Source: Welwitschia mirabilis (lineage: Eukaryota). From it: DNA of 51,101 nucleotides. The position numbers were made by a program, and so were the translations under genes. The notes beneath the pieces are model-generated. The model ran no database searches, was not told the origin of the DNA, and saw only the letters and a list, made by a program, of their open reading frames with translations. Below, one piece after another: positions 1 to 11,568 of the stretch (its first letter is position 1; each line of letters begins with the position of its first letter). The stretch is taken from assembly GCA_051453625.1 (NCBI GenBank), contig JBOZIK010000001.1, forward strand, positions 39,856,760 through 39,907,860, written 5' to 3'.

Positions 1-845
1 CGATTATTTATGCTTGTGCTTTAAATGCAATTTTTTGTGCTATGGTTGCAGATGAGTTCAAGAGAATAGTGAACTGCCAGACTGCTAAAAAAGCATGGGA
101 TATTCTTGTTGTTGCTCATGAAGGGACATCCACTGTCAAGCAAGAAGAAGAAGAAGAAAGCTCAAATGAAGAATATGGAGAAAATAGAACATTATCTTTC
201 ATGGTACTTGTGAGTCCCATTACTCAGTCACCAAAACTCATTAAGCATGATGATTTGGACATGAGTGAAGATCATGAAGAGGAGGATGTTGAAGACGCAT
301 TTCATGAACTATATCAAGAATGTGAAAGGCTTGTTGTAAAAGTGAATGAACTGAACAATATCATCAAGGATCTAAGAAGGGAGAATAAAGCCATAAATCA
401 AAGATATAAATAAATTCAAGAAGAAAACACAAGTCTCATGAAGAATTTAAGCCAATCTTCACAAGTCTTTAGCAAATTTATAGAATGTTCAAAGAAACTT
501 GAGAAGATGCTTGGATTGGGACAACTTGCACATGGCAAAAAGGGTATTATATTTGAAGGCAACAATACATCAACCTCATCCTATGAGGTAAGTGTTAAAG
601 GTGAAACATTTTCTACTAGAAATATTACTTGTCATTTTTGTTGCAAATTTGGTCATTCAGAATTTAACTGTTCATATAGAAGAAGTCTGGATTTTTCAAA
701 CATTAATGCTTTATCATTTAAATTTGTTCCCAAACAAGTCTCTACCCCAAAGTTAAGAAAGACCATATGGGTCAAAGCTAAGAATTTAGAGTCTTTTAGA
801 TCCAAGAAAATTTTAACTTTAGTAGTAGTTCATTATTTTGATTAA
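1..845 (+). pseudogene. gag: Copia/SIRE gag fragment (UBN2-type N-terminal part, coiled-coil region, CCHC zinc knuckle)
   Basis: ALNAIFCAMVADEFKRIVNCQTAKKAWDILVVAHEGTSTVK is typical of SIRE gag. CHFCCKFGHSEFNC fits CX2CX4HX4C (about 628-670). Stop at 411-413 and an internal deletion near 143. Confidence 0.85.
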
Positions 846-1148
846 TTATTTTTTATTATATATTTTTAAAAAATCATCAATTATTATAATATGATATGCT
901 TAATGGAACTATCATTGTGATATTTACCTTGTTATTGGATTTGCATCTTAATGGTAATTTTTTGTGAAGATTCTTCTATAAGTTTTGAATATTTTGATGT
1001 TTTACTTTGTAATTAAATCTTGTTATCATGAGTATAAAATTAGTTGGTCTTATTTAATAATGAATTGAAAATTATCATCTCATTTACATACTTGCTTTGA
1101 AACTCTATCATGATTATGATTTCTTTTATACATATATATGGCATAAAG

Positions 1149-1452
1149 TTAGGGGGAGAAAATATGATGTTTATAGCTCTTTATCTCTCTTTCTTTATCC
1201 TTTGTCATTGATGTCAAATGGGGAAGAAAATATGTTGTTTTCAAAAATATGCATAAACTAAAAATGGTTTGTTTCAAAGATATTTTTTTCTTAAAAGGAA
1301 ATACACCCTTTACTGAACATTGTTTGTATGGCTTTATGAAAGAGGAAGTTTTTATTATGTTAATATGCCTTGTTAGAAAGAGCTTAAAGATGAAATATTT
1401 ATATGATCTTGAAATCACTTATTTATTTGCCATCAATGTCAAAAGGGGAGAT
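1149..1452 (+). promoter_or_regulatory. Multiple polypurine-tract cluster upstream of the 3' LTR
   Basis: AGGGGGAGAA (1151), GTCAAATGGGGAAGAA (about 1213) and terminal GTCAAAAGGGGAGAT (1438-1452). Multiple PPTs are a described Sirevirus hallmark. Confidence 0.7.
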
Positions 1453-2625
1453 TGTTAAAATTTTATTTTGCTAGTTGATGTCAAACTAATATGATCTTTG
1501 TAGAATGAAATGTAATTTTACAAATGCAAAAACTGAAGGATTTATATTCAAAGCATAGCAAGATTTGAACATGTTCTGATTAAAGTAACTTGATTTTCTA
1601 TCCAAAAACCCAAAGTAGGAGTTGACTGAACTTGGAAATACTCATTTTGAGCTACTTCATGAGGGATCAACTGGATCTTTAAGGGGTCAATCAGACCTGA
1701 AAATGCATTTTTCAAGCTTTTTCATATGTATTATGTCATATGAGGTCGACTGGACCTGAAGAAAATTGGTCAATTGGATTTTAGATGGAGGCGACTGGAC
1801 CAAGTAACGTGAGTTACTCAGGTCACCTGGATGACCAAACGGGCAACCAGATCAAGTGACATGAATTAGTTGGGTTGACCAAATGTTTGAGGAGTCGGCC
1901 AATCAGAGTAGAAGCATAATTTTCAAGCGATTTTCTAACCATTATTTCACCAAATCTTTCCGTTGCAAATGTTAGATTCCTTCCCAACTATCTAAATGGC
2001 TATATTTTAGGGAAATCTATTTAAAGAGGCAACACTCAAAAACCTTAGAATGTATTTTTGAAAATGAAGGTTGCACTCTTGGTCTGAAGAGATTATCTTT
2101 GTACCATAATTCTTATCTCACTCAACACTTACCTTTGTATTAAATCTGAGCAATAAGGATCCATTGTTAGTTCTTTTATTTGAGTGACTTAGAGCATAAA
2201 GGCTTCATTCCCTCACTCACCCTTGTGCATTTTCTAAAGATTAAAACTTAGCCTATAAAAGTCTATTTTATAAAGGTTGAGACTTAGCCTGCGAAAGTCC
2301 ATTTATGAAGGTTGAGACTAAGCCTGAAAATTCCGCTTTATAGGTTGAAGGTTAGCCTTGAAAACCTGGTGCATATTGATGCAACAAAGATCCAGAGCAG
2401 TCTTGTTATTGACTATTTTTTGAGAGTGAATTAGGTTGTATCTCAAACCACTATAAATCTTATCTTGTACATTTCTTTGATTTTACCTTTGAGTTTGTTT
2501 TTTTATATCTTTTATGTCATAATTTCTTTATTGGATAGTAATAATTGTTTAAAATTTTTAGAAGTCCTATTCACCCCCTTCACACCCCCAGCTTTCTTTC
2601 AACTTCTAGGACTTACGATCCTACA
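1453..2625 (+). repeat. 3' LTR of the SIRE derivative (about 1.17 kb)
   Basis: Starts TGTT directly after the PPT. Contains repeated GGTCGAC/GGTCAAC motifs (1660-1900), about 35-bp AAGGTTGAGACTTAGCCT repeats (about 2245-2365), a C-rich CCTATTCACCCCC near the 3' end, and ends in CA. Confidence 0.85.
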
Positions 2626-5271
2626 ACATTAACTAGTATTGATAGTAACTTCCCAATTATATTAACTAAAGCATATGATGGCTAAGAAATATAAAAGGAG
2701 CTTATCCTCATACATTAAAATAGATAAACATAACCCTGAATAATTACCTATTATTAGAATTGTTTAATAAAATATGTATGAATAAGAATTATCAGAATAG
2801 GAAATGCCTCGAATTATATTTTTAAGGACAACTTAGGTGGTAGCCAATATTTATAAATATATATACATGAACTTATGTAGGAGGTATAAATATATAATAA
2901 AGGTAGAATGAAGATAACCAAGGGACTATGGTTAAAGAAATAACTAAGTCAAGTATTTAAGGGAAAGGAAATAAGCATTTGAGGGAAAGAAAATAATAAT
3001 ACACAATGGGAGGTCATACAAAGGCGAGTAGAGCTTTCAGGTTTAATAGCCAACCATATATGTAATTTGGGATAATCTTTAATTATGATTAAGATGTTTA
3101 ATTGACATAATTGAAATAAGCCTATGTATTCAGTAATATTAGTAGAGGATATTATATAGATAATTTGGACATAATGACTATTGTGTTAGCCATAATAAAA
3201 GTGTAAGGAAAACCTTAAGCACCATTAGTAAACGATGACCCAAAAATAAGGATGATACATTGACATTCCTTTATGGGTACTACCAAAATAGCATGATCAA
3301 TAATATAATATAGGCTAATGCTTAATTAGAGAAAACAGCAAGTAAGACACCCTAGTAACAATCCCGGGGGATGATGGTGTTAAATAATAATAGAGGTAAT
3401 ATAATTTAAAATTATACTAATGATAATGTAATGACGTCCTCTTATAAGTACTAATAGCAATGTAACAACATAGGTATTACAATGATACCAACCTTAGATA
3501 ATATAGGCTGAAGGCCTAACTATGATGATAACGAAGGAAAGACAAATTAAATAGATATGATGTTATGATTATTAATTAAGCTCCCTTGGAACCACATAAA
3601 ATGGAGCATTGAATATAAACTACACAAAATTAATAACAACTAATTATTAATGAACTACAATGTTCTAATGTCCTATATGGTATAATCATAGTAAATTACA
3701 CTGAGATACTATCTTGATAATTGAGTAGTGAATCCATAACCCCCAGAATGTCTATCCACAACCAAATTAAGTAGTNNNNNNNNNNACTTAACAAAAGCCA
3801 TATATGTGATTAACTATTAATTAAATCCTTAATCATGATTAACTATGATATGATGATGATAACCCATGGATGAGCTGAATGAGGTAGCAGAAATGATAAT
3901 CCACAGATGTTCTGATTGAGGCAGTGGAGTGACGAATAATTGTTGAGATAAAAATTATCCTCAACTTAATCTAATTCAAAAGCATACTTATCCTATGATA
4001 ATGATATCAATGATTAGGTTATAAGTCTAATTCTAGCCTAAACACTATCGATGACATGGATTAGGTGATTTAGTGACATATGTGATGGCTTAATAGTGAC
4101 TTTGATGATGATGTACTCTACAATGAAATAATTATAATGATTAATATAAGCTTAAGTAATAAAATTAGCATATGATGTAGTAGCTTATTCCATCTATGGA
4201 AATGATACATAGTTTGATTATGTTTACTCTTATTGTGTCATTAGTTGTCATTCATCTATAATAGATCCTGATTAATCTCGATCTTGGTTCAGTGGCATAA
4301 AAGCATATAGATTTGGTATTTTTTTCATCTGATAAACATTATCTATTTATATATGTGTGTATATATTCAATACATTTAGTTATAAAAAAAGTCGTGTAGC
4401 ATGTCCCAGCTTTCGAGGAAGGCATGTGTATGGATGATTGGTGGGATATTGACTACATGAATAATAGGTCATGTTTTGCCCAATGGTAGGAAGGCCTCAT
4501 AGAGGAGGCAATTGTATAGTTGATCTACAGATGATGGTATGAGATGAGATAAATGGATGATCTTCATGATGAGGAGTTATGCAGTAGCCCAATGGAGGAC
4601 ATGCTCAGGTAGTGGCACTATGAGATTAATTTACATATATCATGTGTGGTTAAGCTAGTTTATTTATGACTCATGCATGGTTATGGCCCCATAGTAGGGA
4701 CTGATAGATGGTTGGATTGAAGCTCCATAGAACATTTGACTAGCTGCCTTCTTATATTTTGTATGGATATACATTATACGATGTTTTCTATGGACTGTAA
4801 TATACCTTATATAATGTATTCCATAAGTTTATATGAATGTTTTGTTTATGAGATCTAGCTTCTCATTAGCCCATTTGCCCACTGATATAGACCACCTGGA
4901 CCTATCCTTATTGGTAGTGACAGAAATAGGGTCCAAGACAGAACTACATGTGGTTTGAGTTCCTGTGAATGAGGATAAATAAGCTTGATTGCTTACTATA
5001 GGTCAATCAACCACTCGACCACAACTCATACACTTTTATCATGTGTTCTTATTCAAGTCTTCTAGATGTTCTGAAAATAGGATATAATGTTAATCGGATG
5101 TACTATCATCATATAGTACTCCTAAGGGGTAGCCTATGGGATGTGAGTGTATGTTTTTAGTTGTAATTAATTAATCCACTCTGTGAGTTAGTTGTGTTAG
5201 TTAGTTGTAACATTATTTAATTAAAAGAAAAAGAATGGGATGTAATTTATGGTAAATTTAGGTGTGTGACA
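2626..5271 (+). repeat. 5' LTR (3' portion; its left part was separated by the SIRE insertion)
   Basis: Direct repeat of 8769-11302 (e.g. ATAGGTCAATCAACCACTCGACCACAACTCATACA in both). Terminal TGACA immediately precedes the PBS. Confidence 0.85.
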
Positions 5272-5274
5272 TTT

Positions 5275-5287
5275 TGGTATCAGAGCC
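5275..5287 (+). promoter_or_regulatory. Primer-binding site complementary to initiator tRNA-Met
   Basis: Perfect TGGTATCAGAGCC, separated from the LTR end by 3 nt (TTT). Confidence 0.9.
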
Positions 5288-7149
5288 ATGGACGTGATTA
5301 TAGTGAGTTACCATTATAATTGGTTAATGATTAAAAGCAAAATGTTTATGACATTGATGAGGATGTAGCATCCCTATTTTTGTGATGCACTTGGCCATGC
5401 AAGAGGTTCATTAGATGTGCCTAGATTAGGTTTAAAGATGAAAATTTATTTAATAACTAAGAATTCATAAGAAAAATTAGAGTGTTAATGTTGGTCAATT
5501 AAATGAGGTTTATGGAATATGTTAGACACCATGAAGATTGTTAAACACTAGTGATGTGGTTATAGCTAAATATTTGGTAAGATAGCAATTCTTAATTAAT
5601 GTAAGGCATCATGATTAATAACTAGTACCTAACCTATAATACTAAGAATTGATTATGTCATGGTTAAATGTATTGCTATTAATAATTGAACTAATCCATA
5701 GTTAATAAATAAATATAATAGATATTAGAGTAGATGCATGATTAATGGTTAAGGTAATGTATAAATATGATAATATATATAAGGTTAAAGGGGCATATAT
5801 TATGTAATGGATATATTAATGTTACTTAATAACTTATTAATAAAAAAAGAAATAAGTTGAAGGTGGCTTGCCTTAAATATATGATAAATATTATATGGTA
5901 ATAATATAAAATGATTAATAAGGTGGCAATCGTTAATCAAGGTAACTTATATAAACGGCAACATGTTATATACATTAATAACAATAGTATCCATGTGGAA
6001 ATTTATTAATATGGCATTATGAAAAGTGGAGGATAGGTTATTGAGGTGGCTACATGGAGATCTAGTGATGTGGCATTTTGAATGTTGCATGGAGATAGAT
6101 GGCAGTAAGAAAAAATTATTAATAACTTTGAATGTTTTGAGGTGGCCACATAATAATGAATGTGGCATTTGAAAGGTGGAGGTGTAATACAGTTTAACAA
6201 ATGATAAGGTTATTAATGCAATTCATCCCTTAAAATGCTAAACTTTTCAATGGAACAGAGGTTAGATTATGACGAATGAAATGATAGTTAGGCAACTTAG
6301 TTTTGGACAACACACAAAGGAACCATTAAAGGAGGAAAGAGGGAGTTTTATTGAGAAAGAAGAAAGAAGGAAGACTTACCCTACAACTTACATTTTATAA
6401 AATAAGTTATGATCTTCTCCCTAGATTTATTATATTCTTTGAAAGTGATAATTGATAGTCAAATTTCTTAGTTAATTATTATAAAGATTTAATAATCAAT
6501 GAAATTATTAGGAACTATGTCTAATAATGGTGATTATCTTATGTACTCATGTAGTGTGTGTGGTTTCGTGTCTAACAATGTTATAGAAGAAATCTTAACA
6601 CAAGTTCATATGGCTTCAAGGAATGGGAACAAAAAATACAATAATCCAGAAGATGTAGTAGTCTTAATTTGTTAAAAATGTGCAAATGCTCAAAAATTAT
6701 ATAAGCAATGCTTCAGATTTGGCGAACCTTATATGCTTGTTAGTTCTTATATTTGTGCTTACTGAATAATCAGATTTGATGTTTAATCTCAAATTTGTAT
6801 TTGATTAACTAGCGTGTCAAGTATACTCAAAAATCATATTTTAGACAAAATGCTTAACAATTTGTTGAAACATGAGAGGCATAGGTCAAGGAGTTAGTGA
6901 ACAATGTAAAAAAAAGCAAGATTGGCGAATGAAAAACCTAGCACATAAATTTAAAAAAAATCAATTTGCTAATAAATAGTATCACCTTTGATTCCTTGGT
7001 CAACCAAAGTTAATTATAAAGAAATTAAAATTACATGTTTGTTCACAATGCAAGATTTTAGCTTCTGTAGAACAGACTTGCAAAATAACTTGGAAGATAA
7101 CTCCAAAAAAATGAAAATGAAACTCAAAAACTTAGGTGCTGTGCAAATC

Positions 7150-7960
7150 CAAACTCTATAGAAATTCCGAATTAGAAACGAGAAATTAAACCCTAGACGT
7201 CAAGAAGAGATCAAGCAAACTCTGTGAATCACAGCCAAGCACGTACTCGGCTATTCTCCTCTGCTTGAGCATGTTTCTCAGAAACAATTATTATACGTCT
7301 TTACTTGTAAATCTCAAAACCCTGCCTTTTCCCTTAAAACTCACAAGACATTCTAACCAAAGGACTGTTCTCCGCGGATTTCTTTTTCAGCAAGAGTTAA
7401 TATCTGGTTCAACTGGTGAAAAGCCTGAATCCTTGTCTTCATCGTGGCTCGTCTTCGGATGCTCTGCTTCAGCCTAGTTTCCTTTGGTTCCGCTTACACA
7501 TGGCACACAAGACGACTTGGATTTTTCTGAGATTTACAGAAGATTCCACTTTTCCATGCTACAGGAGTGAAAATGAATCTTATACGCCTTCTTCCAGGGT
7601 ATAAATCGCATGAATGAACTTGGAATTCCAGGTAGTTTATAGTTCCACACGATTATTACAACGGTTCTTCCCAAAGCTAATGCTGCAGAAATGGCTATTT
7701 CTTATGGCCATTTCTTATGCGAGAGCATTGCTTCACAATATTTGTAAAAGTCCCACTATTAGACGGCAGCTTCAGATGGTGCACCTCGACGTGATGCTGC
7801 TACATGAATAGTTTCAAAACCCCTTCCAACTTGAGAGCCTCCGTTAGAAACCACTAAATCCTCACATCCAAAGGCCCATGTTGACCAAGGCGTGCATGGT
7901 GGAGAAGTGTTCACCATGCATCAAACTCTCTCGAAAATCATGCATGGGAGGGAAATCACA
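7150..7960. other. CpG-retaining, GC-richer island of unknown origin (gene 5'-region-like)
   Basis: About two dozen CpGs counted by eye in about 0.8 kb, against very few in flanking kilobases. Telo-box AAACCCTA at 7188-7195. No recognisable protein in any frame. Confidence 0.5.
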
Positions 7961-8768
7961 ATTTGAAAAAGGGATTTTGAAATGTGCTTTAAAAACAATT
8001 ATTATTTTAACTATGAAATCGTAACCATATGAACAGCATTGTCTTGGGCCTTGGTCATGTGGCAAAGTCATTAGGTTAGTGAATGGGAGGTTACAAGTTT
8101 GAGTTCCCTTGCCTCACTTTTGCCTCCTTGTGAAATAAGTTCTATTTGAAATTAATGCATGTGTAAGATATGAATGACATAAAAGGGTTGATGGTTAAAC
8201 AACATGTTATATGTGTTGGTTACGTGGTGAAGTTATTAAGTTGTCAAATGAAAAATACCTTTCTTTTAAAATAGTTATATCTATACAAAATATATTTAAA
8301 ATGTGGGCTTAATACAAGAGTCCACTTGGCTTATATTAATGGGCCAAGCAATGGCCCTTAAAAGGAAGAGGTCTAACTACGTTTTTTTACCTTAGGAAGT
8401 AACCCATGAGAAAATAAAAATCAAACTACCATAAGGTAAGGTACAAGATAAGTTAACTTTTTGAAGTTAAGGATTTTAGATGGGGGAGATTGTATAGTAA
8501 ACATATGGATTGAATATAATGTAGAATGTAAGAAGTTTGTTAGCAAGAGAAGTAATAAGATGAACAAAAGATTGATGTGGTTAAGTTATGAAAAAGGCAA
8601 AGTGTAATAGCAAGTAGTGGAAATATACAATAATAAGAGAAATAATTGGAATTATAGATTGTATAAGAACTTCAATTAGGTAGATTGAGGTGCAATATAA
8701 ATGATGCAATGAGTAATTAGCATGTAGATTAATACATATATATAGATTCATATGCATCAGAACATTTA

Positions 8769-11302
8769 GATTAACTAGTATTGTTAGTGACTTCCCAATT
8801 ATATTAACTAAAGCATATGATAGTTAAAGAAGATGAAGGAATTTATCCTCATATGTTGAAATAGATAAACAAGACCCTAAATAATGACCTGTTATTAGAA
8901 TTATTTAAGAAAATATGTATGAATAATAAGAGTTATGAGGATAGGGAATGCCTCAAATTATATTTTAAGGACAACTTAGGTGGTAGTCAATATTTATAAA
9001 TATATACACATAAAGTTATGTAGGAGGTATAAATATATAATGAAGGTAGAATGAAGATAACCAAGGAATTATGATTAAATAAATGACTAAGTTAAGCATT
9101 TAAGAGAAAGGAAATAATATTGTAGATTATACAAACGCAAGTAGAGCTTTTAGGCTCCATAGCCAACCTGATATGTAATTGGGGATAATCTTTAATTATG
9201 ATAAAGACTGTTTAATTGACATAATTGGAATGTTAATTATGATAATATTGGGTTAATCAACATAATTAGAATGATCTTATATATTTAGTAATATTAGTGG
9301 AGGATATTCTTAAGATAATTTGGACATATTGACTATTGCATTAGCCATAGTAAAGTGTAAGGGATACCTGAAGTACAATTAGTAAACAATGATATAAATA
9401 TAAGGATGATGATGATGTTAATTAATAATAGATGTAATATAATAAAAAATGACACTAATGACAATGCAACAACATCCTCTTAAGAGTACTAATAGCAATG
9501 TAGTGATATAGGTATTACAACAACATGAAACTTAGATAATATAGGCCAAATGCTTAACTATGATGATAACGAAGGAAAGAAAAGTTAAATAGATATGGTT
9601 TTGTGATTACTAATTAACCTCCCTTGGAACCACATAAAATGAAGCATCAAATATAAACTACACAAAATTGATAATAACTAATGATTAATGAACTACAATG
9701 TTCTAATGTCCTATATGGTATAATAATAGTAAACCACATTAAGATACTATCTAGATAATTGAGTGGTGGGTCCATAACCCACAGGCTTTCTATCTATAAC
9801 CAAATTAACTACTAAACCAGACTTGTGCAGTAAAGGCATAATAGAATCCAAATAAGGCTTAACAATAGCCACATGTGTGATTAACTATTAATCAAATCAT
9901 TAATCATGATTAACTATGATATAATGACAATAACCCAGATATGCGCTGAATGAGGCAGTGGGAATGGTAACCCATAGATGTACCGATTGAGGTAGTGGAG
10001 TGACAAATAAGTGTTGAGATAGAATTATCCTCAACTTAATTTAGTTTAGAAGCATGCTTATCTTACAATAATGATATCGATGAATAGACTATAAGTTTAA
10101 TGTCAGTATAAATGCTATCAATGACATGGATCAGGTAATCCAATAGCATATGTAATGGCTTAATAGTGACTTTGATGATGATGTTCTCTACAATGATATA
10201 ATTATAATGATTAAGATAAGTTTAAGTAATAGAATTGACATATGATGTAGTAGTGTATTCCGTCTATGGAAATGATACATATTTTGATTATGTTTATAAT
10301 CTTATTATGTTGTTAGTCAACATTCATCTATACTAGATCCTTATTGATCTTGATCCTAATTCAGTGGCATACGGCCATATAGATTTGGTATTTTTTTCAT
10401 CTGATAGATATTATTTATCTATATATATGTATATATATTCAGTACATTTAGTTAAAAGTAGTATAGCATGTCCCAGCCTTCAAGAAAGGCATGTGTATAA
10501 ATGATTAGTGGGAGATCGACTACATGATTGATAGGTGATGTTTTGCCCAACGGTGGGAGAGCCTCATAGAGGAGGCAATTATATAGTTGATCTATATATG
10601 ATGGTATGAGATGAAATACGTGAATGATCTTCATGATGAGAAGCCATGCGATAGCCCAGTGGAAGGCATGCTTAGGCAGTGGAACTATGAGATGGATTCA
10701 CATAACCCATGTGTGATCAAGCTAGCTTATGTATGATCCATGCATGATTATGGTCCCAAAGTAGTGATTGATAGATGGTTGCACTAGAGCTCCATGGGAT
10801 ACTTGGCTAGATCATACAATGTTTTCTATGGATTATGTTATACCTTATATGATGTATTTTGTAAGTTTATATAAATATTCTGTTTATAAGACCTAGCTTC
10901 TTGTTAGACCATTTACCCATTGATACAGATCATTTAGACCTACCCTTATCATTATCTGTATTAATAGTGATAAAAATAGCATTCAAGATAGAACTATGTG
11001 TGGTCTAAGTTCCTTTAGATAAGGGTACATAGGCATGGTTACTAGTGATAGGTCAATCAACCACTCGACCACAACTCATACAATTTTATCGTGTGTTTTT
11101 ATTTGAGTCTTCTAGACATTCTGAAAATAGGATATGATGTTAGTCTGTTGTACTATCATCATATATTACTCCTAAGGAGTAGTTTGAGGGATTAAGTGTA
11201 TGTTTTCAGTTGTAATTAATTAATATGCTATATTAGTTAGTTGTAACATTCGTTAATTAAAAAAAATTAGGAATAATTTATTGTAAATTTGAGTGTATGA
11301 TA
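8769..11302 (+). repeat. 3' LTR (portion alignable to the 5' copy); true start is further left (candidates 5364 or 8491)
   Basis: Collinear with 2626-5271, with indels. Ends TGATA (decayed TGACA). Confidence 0.8.
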
Positions 11303-11568
11303 GTGAAACAACAAAAGAAGTGTGATGAATTAAAGAATGGATGACCCAAGATCATTTCATCTATTATGGCATTTCTATAGAACTCCAAAACTACCTTGTA
11401 AAGGAATAGGTTCCTTTCCCCTTCAACAAGTAGTTCCAATTTCTTACCTCAATTCTGTCAAGGTAGAAAGGTGCATAGAGGTTTAGGAACGATGTGAAAA
11501 TTTCTTTATTTAGAAATGCTTATGATCTTCCACTCATTTGGCCTAAAATGATAAAAAGATAAAAAGAA

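Larger units (their letters stand above)
1..2625 (+). mobile_element. Ty1/Copia SIRE-lineage (Sirevirus-like) LTR retrotransposon, internally deleted (gag only, no pol); 5' part lies outside the window
   Basis: Gag remnant at 1-845, then AT-rich spacer with several PPT-like motifs, PPT AAAAGGGGAGAT followed by TGTT (1441-1456), and an LTR ending ...ATCCTACA (about 2625). The LTR is homologous to the LTRs at 18257 and 24309. Confidence 0.85.
2626..11302 (+). mobile_element. Non-autonomous LTR element (LARD-like or tandem-LTR structure) with Tekay/Del-type LTR ends and no detectable gag/pol
   Basis: 2626-5271 aligns with about 8769-11302. The first copy ends GGTGTGTGACA and is followed by TTT and the PBS TGGTATCAGAGCC; the second ends GAGTGTATGATA. 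No retroelement protein motifs between the copies. Confidence 0.7.

Noticed and set aside
2245..2365. About 35-bp repeats (also 19303-19385) or LTR palindromic motifs as a CRISPR-like array
   Set aside because: Tandem LTR subrepeats without unique constant-length spacers, in a eukaryotic retrotransposon context with no cas genes.
4712..4727. TTGGATTGAAGCTCCA resembling miR159/miR319
   Set aside because: Lacks the GGGA core, has no hairpin partner, and is not conserved in the other LTR copy.
7265..8071. Short ORFs (62-70 aa) in the CpG island as a protein-coding gene
   Set aside because: Manual six-frame translation gave no recognisable domain and stops in every frame; faint transit-peptide or PPR impressions were not supportable.
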